From Chloroflexota bacterium (GTDB lineage Bacteria > Chloroflexota > Dehalococcoidia > Dehalococcoidales > JBDRCY01): 64,000 nt of DNA. Shown piece by piece: positions 9,103-19,126 of the stretch. The first letter of the stretch is position 1. Each line of letters opens with the position of its first letter. Both the position numbers and the translations under genes were made by a program. The notes beneath the pieces are model-generated. The model ran no database searches. It was not told the DNA's origin and was given only the letters and a program-made list of their open reading frames with translations. The DNA is taken from contig JBDRCY010000026.1 in assembly GCA_043821265.1 (NCBI GenBank), positions 2,813 through 66,812 of the forward strand, read 5' to 3'.

Positions 9103-10398
9103 ATGAAAGTGAAGTATCTGATAATAGGCAATTCAGCCGGTGGTATCGGCGCTGCGGAAGCCATACGCCAGGCAGGTGATTCTGGGTCAATCCTTATCAT
9201 CTCTGAAGAACCCTATCCCGCCTATTCACGGCCGCTTATCTCGGAGTATCTGGCCGATGGTTGCTCCCTGGAGAGGATATTGTTCCGGCCAGTAGATTTC
9301 TATGAGAGAAACGGTATCCAGACTATACTGGGCGCTAAAGTAGAGCAGCTTGATGTTGATGAACACCTTGTCCGGCTGGGCGATGGGCGAGTGATAGCCT
9401 GGGAAAAACTGCTGCTCGCCACCGGTGGCGTGCCTATCGTGCCCCCGATGGGTGGCGCGGACAGGCCGGGGGTTTTTACCTTTACCACCCTTGATGATGC
9501 CAAGGCTATCGGCCGGTCCCTCAACGGCTCGGAGCGGGCGGTGGTTATCGGTGGCGGTCTTATCGGGGTGAGCGTTGCGGAGGCACTGGTTAAGCGCGGG
9601 GTTGGTGTTAGCGTGGTAGAGATGAAGGAACGTATCCTTAACACTATACTCGATGAGACAGCCTCGGCTTTGGCTGCGGATGCCTTGGGGCGAGCGGGGG
9701 TTGATATTATTACCGGCCATACCGTAGCCGAAATCGTTGGTGACTCGGCCCGGGGGGCGGCAAGTGGTGTTACCCTGGACGATGGCTCAGGCCTGGCCGC
9801 CGACCTGGTGATAGTGGCTATCGGTGTCCGGCCGCGCACCGAAATGGTGGCTGATAACGGTATCCAGATGAATCGCGGCATAGCGGTCAGCCGCCGTATG
9901 GCTACCTCCCAACCTGATGTCTATGCCTGCGGGGATGTGGCTGAGGCTTACGATTTTGTCTATGGTGATAACCGGCTCACCCCGATATGGCCTAATGCCT
10001 ACCTGGGTGGGCGGGTGGCCGGGTTTAATATGGCGGGAATACCCGCCGAGTATCCCGGGGGCACGGCGATGAATGCCCTTAAATATTTCGGCCTATCTAT
10101 AGTCTCGGCGGGAGTGGTGAACTGCCTCGATAACGGTTATGAGGTGCTTGCCGAGACCGATGGCAGTACCTACCGTAAGGTGGTTTTGCAGAACGGGGTT
10201 CTGGTGGGCATGGTCTTTACTGGTGATATTGAGAAGGCGGGCATAGTCCTCAGCCTGATGCAGGATAGGATAAACACCGATGGTTTCAAGCAGGTATTTA
10301 TCGGTGTTGATTTTGGCCTCGCTTCCCTTCCGGAGGAGGTCTGGCGAACGCGGCTGGAGGCATCACCTTCGGGCCTGGACTCTTCGGCCGTCTCTTAA
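9103..10398 (+). CDS. FAD-dependent pyridine nucleotide-disulfide oxidoreductase (NADH-oxidase-like), probable electron-input subunit of the split glutamate synthase
   Basis: 431 aa. IIGNSAGGIGAAEA, second Rossmann VVIGGGLIGVSVAEAL, ACGDVAE. Confidence 0.8.
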   Translation: MKVKYLIIGNSAGGIGAAEAIRQAGDSGSILIISEEPYPAYSRPLISEYLADGCSLERILFRPVDFYERNGIQTILGAKVEQLDVDEHLVRLGDGRVIAWEKLLLATGGVPIVPPMGGADRPGVFTFTTLDDAKAIGRSLNGSERAVVIGGGLIGVSVAEALVKRGVGVSVVEMKERILNTILDETASALAADALGRAGVDIITGHTVAEIVGDSARGAASGVTLDDGSGLAADLVIVAIGVRPRTEMVADNGIQMNRGIAVSRRMATSQPDVYACGDVAEAYDFVYGDNRLTPIWPNAYLGGRVAGFNMAGIPAEYPGGTAMNALKYFGLSIVSAGVVNCLDNGYEVLAETDGSTYRKVVLQNGVLVGMVFTGDIEKAGIVLSLMQDRINTDGFKQVFIGVDFGLASLPEEVWRTRLEASPSGLDSSAVS

Positions 10399-10449
10399 GT
10401 GGCTTGAGGAGATAGGGCCGAGAGAGCATTTATATCGGGAGATGCAATT

Positions 10450-11580
10450 ATGAGAGAGATTGACCGGGTAAATAACCCTCATCATGACGATAAGGTAATC
10501 GATGCCTGCTCTATATTCGGGGCTATGGATGTCTCGGGAAGGCGGTTCTCCGGAGAGGGTGTTATCCGGGCTATTGCCAATATGCATGACCGGGGCAACG
10601 GACTGGGTGGCGGCTTCGCCGTTTACGGTCTGTATCCCGAGTATGCCGACCTTTATGCTTTTCACATCATGTACTTGAGCCAGGCGGGGCAGAAGGCGAC
10701 CGAGGAGTTTATCGCGGGGAGGTTTGACCTTGCCTGTAGCGAGGATGTGCCGACACGGGAGGTGTCGGCCGTGGTGAACCCACCGCTGGTGCGGCGCTAC
10801 TTTCTGGACGTGGGTCACCATAAGCCTGAGGGACAGTCGGCGGATGACTATGTCGTAGAGCGGGTGATGGAGATAAATACCAAGATTAGGGACACCTTCG
10901 TCTTTTCCAGCGGTAAGGACATGGCTGTCTTTAAGGGGGTAGGTTACCCGGAGGAGATAGCCGGTTTTTTCTCTCTGGAGCAATATGAGGGTTATTTGTG
11001 GACAGCCCACGGGAGATTCCCCACCAATACGCCCGGCTGGTGGGGTGGTGCTCACCCGTTCAGCATTCTGGACTGGACGGTAGTGCACAATGGCGAGATT
11101 TCGTCCTATGGCATAAACCGGCGCTACCTGGAGCAGTTCGGTTATTGCTGCACCATGCAGACGGATACCGAGGTGGTGGCTTATGCCGTTGACCTGCTTA
11201 TGCGTCAGCACGGCTTACCCGTTGAGATTGTGGCCAAGGTGTTGGCTTCCCCGTTATGGAGCGATATTGAGCGACTTCCTCCCGTGGAGCAAAAGCTGCT
11301 GCGAACGCTGCGTCAGGTATATGGCAGCCTGTTACTGAACGGGCCGTTTACGGTAATTATAGCCCATAGTGGCGAGATGATTGGGCTTACCGACCGCGTC
11401 AGGTTACGCCCGCTTACTGTCGGGGTAAAGGGCGATGAGCTCTATCTTTCCTCTGAGGAGTCGGCGATACGGCTTATCTGTCCCGATTTGGACAGGGCCT
11501 GGATTCCCACCGGTGGTGAGCCGGTCGTGGGCCGACTGGGAGTAAAATTGCTCGAGCCGCAGGTATCGGCGGTGGCTTGA
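10450..11580 (+). CDS. Glutamate synthase domain 1 (class II / Ntn glutamine amidotransferase), stand-alone archaeal-type
   Basis: 376 aa. Nucleophile Cys in CSIFGAMD after a 19-residue leader. HGRFPTNTPG and VVHNGEISSYG are typical of GltB/PurF-type amidotransferases. Confidence 0.85.
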   Translation: MREIDRVNNPHHDDKVIDACSIFGAMDVSGRRFSGEGVIRAIANMHDRGNGLGGGFAVYGLYPEYADLYAFHIMYLSQAGQKATEEFIAGRFDLACSEDVPTREVSAVVNPPLVRRYFLDVGHHKPEGQSADDYVVERVMEINTKIRDTFVFSSGKDMAVFKGVGYPEEIAGFFSLEQYEGYLWTAHGRFPTNTPGWWGGAHPFSILDWTVVHNGEISSYGINRRYLEQFGYCCTMQTDTEVVAYAVDLLMRQHGLPVEIVAKVLASPLWSDIERLPPVEQKLLRTLRQVYGSLLLNGPFTVIIAHSGEMIGLTDRVRLRPLTVGVKGDELYLSSEESAIRLICPDLDRAWIPTGGEPVVGRLGVKLLEPQVSAVA

Positions 11581-11595
11581 AGGGGGCGAAATCGG

Positions 11596-12363
11596 ATGTT
11601 AACTAAAAGGATTATTCCCTGTCTTGATGTTAAAGACGGGCGGGTAGTAAAGGGGACCAGTTTCGCCCAGTTGCGTGATGCTGGCGACCCGGTGGAACTG
11701 GCCGGTTTCTACTATAAGGAGGGCGCTGACGAGCTGGTCTTCCTGGATATCACGGCTACCCCGGAGGGGCGAGGTACCATGGTGGACGTCGTGGAACGGA
11801 TATCAGCGGAGGTATTTATGCCGCTAACCGTCGGTGGGGGGCTGCGCCGCGTCGACGACATGCAGCGTATGCTCAGGGCGGGGGCGGACAAAGTCTCCAT
11901 CAATACGGCAGCTGTCCTTGAGTCAACCCTGATTAAAGAGGGGGCGGAGAAGTTTGGCAGCCAGTGTATCGTGGTGGCCATAGATGCCAAGCGGGTGGAG
12001 GCCAGCCGAGAGCCTCGTTGGGAGGTCTATACCCGCAGTGGCCAGCAGTCCACCGGTATCGATGCCCTCGATTGGGCAAAAAGGGCAGTGGAACTGGGCG
12101 CTGGAGAGTTATTGCTTACCAGCATTGACGCCGATGGCCATCGGGCGGGATATGATGTTGAGCTTACCCGTGCTGTGGCTGAGGCAGTATCGGTGCCGGT
12201 TATTGCCAGTGGTGGCGCCGGCACCATGGAAGACCTCTATCAGGCCCTGGTGTCCGGTAAGGCCGATGCTGTGCTGGCGGCCAGCATCTTTCATTATGGC
12301 AATTACTCTATCGGTGAAACGAAGGCATATCTTGCCCGGAAGGGTATACCGATAAGAGTATGA
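11596..12363 (+). CDS. hisF: Imidazole glycerol phosphate synthase, cyclase subunit
   Basis: 255 aa. [37 protein letters not shown]. Confidence 0.95.
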   Translation: MLTKRIIPCLDVKDGRVVKGTSFAQLRDAGDPVELAGFYYKEGADELVFLDITATPEGRGTMVDVVERISAEVFMPLTVGGGLRRVDDMQRMLRAGADKVSINTAAVLESTLIKEGAEKFGSQCIVVAIDAKRVEASREPRWEVYTRSGQQSTGIDALDWAKRAVELGAGELLLTSIDADGHRAGYDVELTRAVAEAVSVPVIASGGAGTMEDLYQALVSGKADAVLAASIFHYGNYSIGETKAYLARKGIPIRV

Positions 12364-12375
12364 GGGGAAGGGCCG

Positions 12376-13881
12376 ATGAAGACCTATTTACCGTCTAAGT
12401 TTTTGGTGGAACGAGACCCGGAGCGATGTATCCAGTGCCAGGTGTGCACTAACCAGTGCTCCTTCGAGACCCATTACTATGACGGCGATGATGACGAAGT
12501 AAAAAGCCGCGAGGAGAACTGTGTTGGCTGCCATCGCTGCGTGCTTTTCTGTCCCACCCGTGCCCTAAATATCAGGCGCAGCCCTCTCGAGTACCGGGAG
12601 AACTATAACTGGCGCCCCGAGGCTATTGAGGACATTATGAAACAGGCCGAGACGGGCGGGGTGCTGCTCACCGGGATGGGCAATGACAAGGGCTACCGTG
12701 TCTACTGGGATCATCTGGTGCTCAATGCCAGTCAGGTGACCAACCCCTCCATTGACCCGTTGCGGGAGCCGATGGAGCTTACTACCTACCTGGGGCGAAA
12801 ACCCGACCGGGTGGAACTGGACCCGGATGCCGTCAGTGTTAAGACGGAGCTAGCCCCTCAGGTTAAATTGGATGTCCCGGTCATGTTTGCCGCTATGTCC
12901 TACGGCGCGGTCAGCATCAATGTGCATGAATCCCTGGCCCGGGCGGCAACCGAGATGGGTACGCTGTGGAATACCGGCGAGGGAGGACTGCACCCCAAGC
13001 TATATCCCTATGGCCCTAATACCGTTGTCCAGGTAGCCTCCGGGCGCTTTGGTGTTCATCCCGATTACCTCGACGTTGCCCGGGTGGTGGAGATTAAGAT
13101 TGGCCAGGGGGCCAAGCCCGGGATTGGCGGACACCTGCCCGGAGAGAAGGTGAGCGCCGAGGTCTCCCTGACCCGGATGATTCCTCAGGGTACCGATGCC
13201 CTGTCACCGGCGCCGCAGCACGATATCTACTCCATAGAGGACCTGAAACAACTGGTTCATGCCTTAAAGGAGGCGACCAACTATAGTAAGCCAATATCGG
13301 TGAAGATAGCGGCAGTCCATAACTCGGCGGCTATTGCCAGCGGCATGGTGCGGGCCGGTGCCGATATTATTGTTCTCGATGGCCTGCGTGGGGCTACCGG
13401 GGCGGCGCCCAAGGTTATCCGTGATAATGTGGGTATCCCCATCGAGATGGCCTTGGCCGCGGTGGATAGCCGCTTGAGGGAGGAGGGTATTCGCCACCGG
13501 GCCTCTCTCATCGTCTCCGGTGGCATAAGAAATAGCGGCGATTTGGCTAAGGCTATCGCCCTCGGCGCCGATGCCATTTATATCGGCACCGCCGCCCTCA
13601 TCGCCCTGGGTTGTCATGTGTGTCAGCAGTGTCATACCGGGAAGTGCACCTGGGGCATCTGTACCACTAACCTTGCCCTGACCAAGAGGGTCAATCCTGA
13701 TATCGGTGCCCGGCGCCTGGCTAACCTGCTGCGGGGCTGGAGCCTGGAGCTGAAAGATATGCTGGGTGGCATGGGCATTAATGCCATCGAGAGTTTACGG
13801 GGTAATCGCCTGCACCTGAGGGGGGTGGGGCTTAACCAGGCGGAACTGGATATCCTGGGAGTGAGGATGGTCGGAAGCTAA
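12376..13881 (+). CDS. Glutamate synthase domain 2 (FMN/2-oxoglutarate site) with an N-terminal 2x[4Fe-4S] ferredoxin domain
   Basis: 501 aa. CIQCQVCTNQC and CVGCHRCVLFCP, then NTGEGG and IKIGQGAKPGIGGHLPG, characteristic of the GltB central domain. Confidence 0.9.
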   Translation: MKTYLPSKFLVERDPERCIQCQVCTNQCSFETHYYDGDDDEVKSREENCVGCHRCVLFCPTRALNIRRSPLEYRENYNWRPEAIEDIMKQAETGGVLLTGMGNDKGYRVYWDHLVLNASQVTNPSIDPLREPMELTTYLGRKPDRVELDPDAVSVKTELAPQVKLDVPVMFAAMSYGAVSINVHESLARAATEMGTLWNTGEGGLHPKLYPYGPNTVVQVASGRFGVHPDYLDVARVVEIKIGQGAKPGIGGHLPGEKVSAEVSLTRMIPQGTDALSPAPQHDIYSIEDLKQLVHALKEATNYSKPISVKIAAVHNSAAIASGMVRAGADIIVLDGLRGATGAAPKVIRDNVGIPIEMALAAVDSRLREEGIRHRASLIVSGGIRNSGDLAKAIALGADAIYIGTAALIALGCHVCQQCHTGKCTWGICTTNLALTKRVNPDIGARRLANLLRGWSLELKDMLGGMGINAIESLRGNRLHLRGVGLNQAELDILGVRMVGS

Positions 13882-13882
13882 A

Positions 13883-14656
13883 ATGGCCAATAGTGTTTAT
13901 AGAGCGGGAAATAATCATGCGGTCAGGGTAGATGCCGGTGGCCTCTATTATCGCGACCTTAATGCCCGGCTTAGAGAGCTGGTTGCTGACGGCACCCGTA
14001 AGATTGAGCTCTATAATGTGTGCGGGCAGCGCTATATCGGCACGGACTTAAAGAGGCCGGTGGAGATTGAGATATGCGGCATCCCGGGTAACGACCTGGG
14101 AGCCTTTATGGACGGTCCCCGGATAGTAGTAAAAGGCAATGCTCAGGATGGCTGTGGGAATACCATGAACGAGGGAGAGATAATTGTTCATGGGCACGGC
14201 GGGGATATTACCGGTCTCTCCGCTCGTGGTGGCAGGATATTTATCCGGGATAGTGTCGGCTACCGGGCCGGTATCCATATGAAGGAATATGGGGATAAGA
14301 AGCCGGTACTGGTCATCGGGAGCACCGCCCAGGATTTCCTGGGGGAGTACATGGCGGGCGGCATCCTGATATTGCTGGGCTTGAATTTAGGCGAGGGGGA
14401 GCAGCATAGGGCCAAATTTATCGGTACCGGTATGCATGGCGGCGTTATATATCTCAGGGGAAGCGTGGAGGATTATCAACTGGGCCGAGAGGTTGGGGTA
14501 GCGGAGCTGGAGGCCGGGGATTATAAGGCCCTGGAGCAGTTTGTCGGTGAGTTTGCAACCCATTTTGATTACGATACTGAGGAAATACTGGGGCATAAGT
14601 TTATAAGACTGTTTCCGCTCCATCTCAGGCCTTATGGCCGGCTGTATGCCTACTAG
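13883..14656 (+). CDS. Glutamate synthase domain 3 (GXGXG beta-helix domain)
   Basis: 257 aa. Repeated G-x-G turns (VKGNAQDGCGNTMNEGEIIVHGHGGD, GGILILLG). Start codon lies 1 nt after the domain-2 stop. Confidence 0.85.
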   Translation: MANSVYRAGNNHAVRVDAGGLYYRDLNARLRELVADGTRKIELYNVCGQRYIGTDLKRPVEIEICGIPGNDLGAFMDGPRIVVKGNAQDGCGNTMNEGEIIVHGHGGDITGLSARGGRIFIRDSVGYRAGIHMKEYGDKKPVLVIGSTAQDFLGEYMAGGILILLGLNLGEGEQHRAKFIGTGMHGGVIYLRGSVEDYQLGREVGVAELEAGDYKALEQFVGEFATHFDYDTEEILGHKFIRLFPLHLRPYGRLYAY

Positions 14657-14760
14657 GTGGTGCTATCGGTGAGGCTACTATCAATTGAGATTATGGGAAA
14701 ATCAGGAAACTGGTGAGATAGATAGATGAGGAGGCTGCTACAATCAATCGGTCAGCCGAC

Positions 14761-14788
14761 TTGCAAGGCATGGCTATTACAGTATAAT
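14761..14788 (+). promoter_or_regulatory. Sigma-70-like promoter for glnB-glnA
   Basis: TTGCAA (14761-14766), 16-nt spacer, TATAAT (14783-14788), 46 nt upstream of the glnB ATG. Confidence 0.45.
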
Positions 14789-14834
14789 GTTAGGGTAGTG
14801 TTTTCACTGCATAAGGCCAAAGGGGGTAATAGCT

Positions 14835-15173
14835 ATGAAGAAGGTTGAAGCCATAGTACGCCGTGAGAGTCTGGTGGCGGTGCAAAAGGCATTGGAAGAG
14901 GCGAAATACCCGGGAATGACCATCACCTATGTGAGGGGACATGGCCGGGGAAAGGGGGTGAGCCAGGATTGGGAGGCTCACGGGTATGTGGTTGATTACT
15001 TGCCCAAGGTTAAGGTGGAGATTGTGCTTCTCGATGAAGATGTGGATAGAACCATAGATACTATCATCAAGGCTGCCCGGACCGGGGAGAAGGGTGATGG
15101 CAAGATATTTGTGCTGCCGGTTGAGGGTGCGGTGCGCGTTAGGACCGGTGATAGGGACGAGAACGCAATCTGA
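14835..15173 (+). CDS. glnB: Nitrogen regulatory protein P-II
   Basis: 112 aa. MKKVEAIVR..., DYLPKVKVEIV, GDGKIFV. T-loop reads GHGRGKGVSQDWEAHGY. Confidence 0.9.
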   Translation: MKKVEAIVRRESLVAVQKALEEAKYPGMTITYVRGHGRGKGVSQDWEAHGYVVDYLPKVKVEIVLLDEDVDRTIDTIIKAARTGEKGDGKIFVLPVEGAVRVRTGDRDENAI

Positions 15174-15196
15174 ATAATTGGTAGGAGGCTTTAGCG

Positions 15197-16534
15197 ATGG
15201 CAAGTACACGCAAAGGTAAAGAGCATGTCTTTAAGATGGCCCGGGAGCACGATGTCAAGTTCGTCCGGCTGTGGTTTACCGATATCCTGGGTTTCCTGAA
15301 GAGCTTTGCCATCACAATCGGCGAACTGGAAGGTGCCATGGAGGAGGGAATGGGCTTTGATGGCTCCTCAATCGAGGGCTTTGCCCGTATTGACGAGAGC
15401 GATATGGTGGCCCTGCCCGACCCCGGTACCTTCAAGTTGCTTCCCTGGCGGCCGCAGGACCAGAACACGGTAGCCCGGATGTTCTGTGATGTTATCAAGC
15501 CCACCGGTGAGCCCTTTGAGGGAGACCCCCGGTATGTCCTGAAGCGAAACCTGAAGCGGGCGGCTGACCTGGGCTACACCTTCTACGTGGGGCCGGAACT
15601 GGAGTATTTCTACTTTAAGGATGCTAGTGGAACCGAGCCTTTGGATCAGGGCGGCTACTTTGATTTGACCCCTCTGGATGCGGCTACTGACCTGAGGCGG
15701 GAGACCGTGCTTGCGCTGGAGGAACTGGGCATTCAGGTCGAATATTCTCACCACGAGGTTGCCCCCAGCCAGCATGAGATAGGTATGCGTTACACCGATG
15801 CCATGACCATGGCTGATAACGTAATGACCTATCGCTTGGTGGTCAAGCAGATTGCCTTAAAGCACGGCGTTTATGCCACCTTTATGCCCAAGCCTGTTTT
15901 CGGTATAAATGGTAGCGGTATGCATGTGCATCAGTCGCTGTTCGTGGGTAAGAAGAACGCCTTCTTTGATAAGGAGGACAGTTATCATATTTCCCAGACG
16001 GCCAGGAACTATATCGCCGGACTGCTTAGACATGGCCCGGAGATTACCGCCGTTACTAACCAGTGGATTAATTCTTATAAGCGCCTGGTTCCGGGGTATG
16101 AGGCGCCGGTATATCTTTCCTGGGCGCAGCGCAACCGCTCCGACCTAATCAGGGTTCCCGGCTATAAGCCGGGCCAGGAAAACTCTACCCGGGTAGAGTT
16201 TCGCTCCCCCGACCCCGCCTGCAATCCCTATCTGGCCTTCAGCGTGATGCTGGCCGCCGGCCTGGAGGGGATTGAGAAGGGATATGAGGCACCCGAGCCG
16301 GTGGGAGAGAACGTGTATGAAATGAGTCTCGAAGAGAGAGCAAGGAGGGGGATAGGCACCCTGCCGGCCAGTCTGTGGGAGGCTGTTCAGCTTACTAAGA
16401 AGAGCGAGCTGGTGCGTAAAGCACTGGGCGACCATGTCTTTAATGCCTTTATCGAGAATAAGGAAATCGAATGGGATAACTACCGGACTCAGGTTACCGG
16501 GTACGAGCTTAAGAGGTACTTGCCGATACTATAG
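15197..16534 (+). CDS. glnA: Glutamine synthetase type I
   Basis: 445 aa. FDGSSIEGF, KPVFGINGSGMHVHQSL, NSYKRLVPGYEAP. Confidence 0.95.
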   Translation: MASTRKGKEHVFKMAREHDVKFVRLWFTDILGFLKSFAITIGELEGAMEEGMGFDGSSIEGFARIDESDMVALPDPGTFKLLPWRPQDQNTVARMFCDVIKPTGEPFEGDPRYVLKRNLKRAADLGYTFYVGPELEYFYFKDASGTEPLDQGGYFDLTPLDAATDLRRETVLALEELGIQVEYSHHEVAPSQHEIGMRYTDAMTMADNVMTYRLVVKQIALKHGVYATFMPKPVFGINGSGMHVHQSLFVGKKNAFFDKEDSYHISQTARNYIAGLLRHGPEITAVTNQWINSYKRLVPGYEAPVYLSWAQRNRSDLIRVPGYKPGQENSTRVEFRSPDPACNPYLAFSVMLAAGLEGIEKGYEAPEPVGENVYEMSLEERARRGIGTLPASLWEAVQLTKKSELVRKALGDHVFNAFIENKEIEWDNYRTQVTGYELKRYLPIL

Positions 16535-16611
16535 GCTTTAAGGCGGTTTTCCCAGCGGAGAGGGTTTAATCGGCATTGGTCAATTTAAGTAATACCATGT
16601 GTCGTCCGATG

Positions 16612-16639
16612 GTGCCCCGATAAATACTTATCGGGGCAC
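16612..16639 (+). terminator. Hairpin downstream of glnA (12-bp perfect stem, 4-nt loop)
   Basis: GTGCCCCGATAA-ATAC-TTATCGGGGCAC. Only two T residues follow, so the U-tract is weak. Confidence 0.4.
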
Positions 16640-16752
16640 TTGCATACCATATTGAACCTTTGTTATTATATGGAGATTTTACTTTTCCCTGGCTACGCCG
16701 GCTGGATATAGTGCGTGTATTTGGCGGCGGGAAATACCGGAGGGGTTAGGCA

Positions 16753-17775
16753 GTGCAGGCTACGAGGAAGGCTTACTGGCTTAAGGCCGGTTTCTTAATA
16801 ATCATCATGGTAATGCTCCTGGTGCTCGGCCAGTGCGGCCGGGTTCTCGGTAGATTTGAAGAGACCCGTTCCATGATGGATACCTATGTCAAGGTTGTCA
16901 TCTACGCGGAGGAGAGTGCTGCCTCGGGGGTTATAGATGCCGCCTTTGCCCGTATGGAAGAGGTGGTGATGATTGCCTCGACATTTGATAGCGAAGCTGA
17001 GGCATTTCAGCTCAATCAGGCCGGTTACCGGGATAATCCATCCGCCGAACTCTTAGAGCTGATAAATATGTCGCTGGAGTACGGCGAACTGACGGACGGC
17101 AGCTTCGACATCACTATTCAGCCGCTGTTGGACTTGTGGCAGTTTAACCCGGATGCCGCCAAGCAGTTCTGGGAGTTGGATAGCTCGGTGCAACAGGAGG
17201 AAATTAACCAGGCCCTCAAGCTGGTAGGCCCGGATAAAATCGTCCTTGCTAAGAATAGAATATCTTTTAAAGTGGATGGCATGGAGATAACCCTTGGCGG
17301 CATTGCTAAGGGTTATGTCGTGGATGAGGCCCTGGAGGTCATTGCCAGCATGGGGGTAAAGAGTGCCCTGATAGATGCGGGTGGGGATATCGGTACGCTG
17401 GGCTCCAAGCCGAGTAATGAGCCGTGGACTGTTTCCTTGGTGAACCCAGATGATACCACCCAGAGCCTGGCGACCTTTAATGTCACCGGCAGGGCAGTAG
17501 CTACGTCGGGGAACTACGAGCGCTACTTCGACCCGGACAAGACGGTCCATCACATCATGGACCCCAGGACCGGCTTTTCCGCATCGGAGTGCATCAGTGT
17601 TACCATAATAGCCGAGGGCGCTACGCGGGCCGATACCCTGGCTACCGGCGTTTTTGTGATGGGGCCCGAGGATGGCCTGAGGCTGGTGGAGTTGCTAGAT
17701 AATGTTGAATGTTTTATAGTAGATGCCAACAGGGAAATACATCTCTCCTCTGGTTTATATTCGTATCTTAAGTGA
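16753..17775 (+). CDS. apbE: FAD:protein FMN transferase (flavinylates RnfG/RnfD)
   Basis: 340 aa. N-terminal membrane anchor, MDTYVKV, GGIAKGY, ATSGNYERYF. Directly upstream of the rnf genes. Confidence 0.9.
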   Translation: MQATRKAYWLKAGFLIIIMVMLLVLGQCGRVLGRFEETRSMMDTYVKVVIYAEESAASGVIDAAFARMEEVVMIASTFDSEAEAFQLNQAGYRDNPSAELLELINMSLEYGELTDGSFDITIQPLLDLWQFNPDAAKQFWELDSSVQQEEINQALKLVGPDKIVLAKNRISFKVDGMEITLGGIAKGYVVDEALEVIASMGVKSALIDAGGDIGTLGSKPSNEPWTVSLVNPDDTTQSLATFNVTGRAVATSGNYERYFDPDKTVHHIMDPRTGFSASECISVTIIAEGATRADTLATGVFVMGPEDGLRLVELLDNVECFIVDANREIHLSSGLYSYLK

Positions 17776-17794
17776 AAGGCAGTAGCAGGATAAG

Positions 17795-19126
17795 GTGAGC
17801 ATCAGGTTGAGAGAGAAGGGCGCTTCCCGCGGAGTGAGGGTGCCCGAAAATAAGATTACTGCCGAGAGGCCCATCGAGGTTTTTCCGTTACCGGAGAAGG
17901 TAATTATTCCCCTGCACCAGAATATCGGGGCACCGTGTGATGCTATCGTGAAGCGGGGGGATAAGGTGCTGACCGGCCAGTCGATAGGTAGTTCCGAGAA
18001 GTTCGTTAATGCCCCGGTTCATGCTACGATATCCGGCGAAATAACGGCTACCACCATGGTAATAAATCCCCCGACGGGGCAATCGGTCACGGCGGTGGTT
18101 ATCACCTCTGACGGGGAAGATAGGTGGGTGGAGCTGGACGTCCCCAGCCTTCCGGATGCGCTCTCCGCGGAGGAGATTTTAGGGAGGATAAGGCGGGCTG
18201 GCCTGGTCGGTATGGGCGGGGCCACCTTCCCCACCCATGTTAAGCTGCAACCCCCTAAGGGAAAGGAAATCGATACCGTTATCCTAAACGGGTGCGAGTG
18301 TGAGCCCTATATCACCTCGGACTACCGGGTGATGTTGGAATACGGGGAGAAGGTGTTATCTGGCTTAAATATCATCAGGAAGGTGCTCTCTCCCGCCAAT
18401 GTCTATATTGCCATCGAGGACAACAAGGAAGATGCCATAGAGCATGTGGAGAAACTGGTGGCGTCAATGGGCTTCGGCGATGATTTCAAAATAGTCCCCT
18501 TAAGGTCGAAGTATCCCATGGGGGCGGAAAAGACCCTGATAGAAATCGTGCTGGGTCGGGAGGTCCCTATCGGTGGGCTTCCCCTGGATGTGGGCGTGGT
18601 GGTACACAACGTGAGTACCGCCAAGGCGATACACGAGGCGGTATTCGAGGGTAAGCCCTTTATCGAGCGGGTGGTAACGGTTACCGGTGCCGTTAGGCAG
18701 CCGAAGAACCTAATGGTGCGCTTGGGCACGCCACTGAGGAGCCTGATAGAGTACTGCGGTGGCATGGACGAAGCTGCGGGAGAGGTTATACTCGGCGGGC
18801 CGATGATGGGCATAGCCCAGCCCGACCTTGATTTTCCGGTGACCAAGGGGACCAGCTGTGTGCTGGTACGGGAGAGATTGCCCATAAGGGAGCAGGTCTG
18901 CATAAGCTGCGGACAGTGCGTGGAGGTCTGCCCCATGCGTCTGGTGCCTACCATGCTGGCTAAGTGCGCCAAGGCCGGCCGGTATAATATTTGTCGGGAG
19001 ACTTACTATATTGATGATTGCTTCGAGTGTGGAGCCTGTAGCTACACCTGCCCGGCCAATATACCGATAGTGCAGTATGTCAAGGTTGCTAAAAGCGAGC
19101 TGGCCAGGAGGAAGGCCAAGAAATGA
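17795..19126 (+). CDS. rnfC: Rnf complex subunit C
   Basis: 443 aa. GLVGMGGATFPTHVKL, CISCGQCVEVCP, CFECGACSYTCP. Confidence 0.93.
   Translation: MSIRLREKGASRGVRVPENKITAERPIEVFPLPEKVIIPLHQNIGAPCDAIVKRGDKVLTGQSIGSSEKFVNAPVHATISGEITATTMVINPPTGQSVTAVVITSDGEDRWVELDVPSLPDALSAEEILGRIRRAGLVGMGGATFPTHVKLQPPKGKEIDTVILNGCECEPYITSDYRVMLEYGEKVLSGLNIIRKVLSPANVYIAIEDNKEDAIEHVEKLVASMGFGDDFKIVPLRSKYPMGAEKTLIEIVLGREVPIGGLPLDVGVVVHNVSTAKAIHEAVFEGKPFIERVVTVTGAVRQPKNLMVRLGTPLRSLIEYCGGMDEAAGEVILGGPMMGIAQPDLDFPVTKGTSCVLVRERLPIREQVCISCGQCVEVCPMRLVPTMLAKCAKAGRYNICRETYYIDDCFECGACSYTCPANIPIVQYVKVAKSELARRKAKK

Noticed and set aside
10363-11211. 282-codon minus-strand ORF
   Set aside because: It is antisense to glutamate synthase domain 1. 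It has an Arg/Pro/His-rich composition and no motifs.
14789-14834. GlnR/TnrA-type box (TGTNA-N7-TNACA) searched for downstream of the glnB promoter
   Set aside because: TGTTAGGGTAGTGTTTTCAC matches only the left half-site. No convincing nitrogen-regulator operator could be called.
16535-16752. Long intergenic regions (also 2533-2729, 25438-25676, 46942-47183, 62122-62387) scanned for tRNA, riboswitch or small RNA genes
   Set aside because: No T-arm or acceptor-stem pattern and no recognisable riboswitch core was seen by eye. A covariance-model scan would be needed to exclude them.
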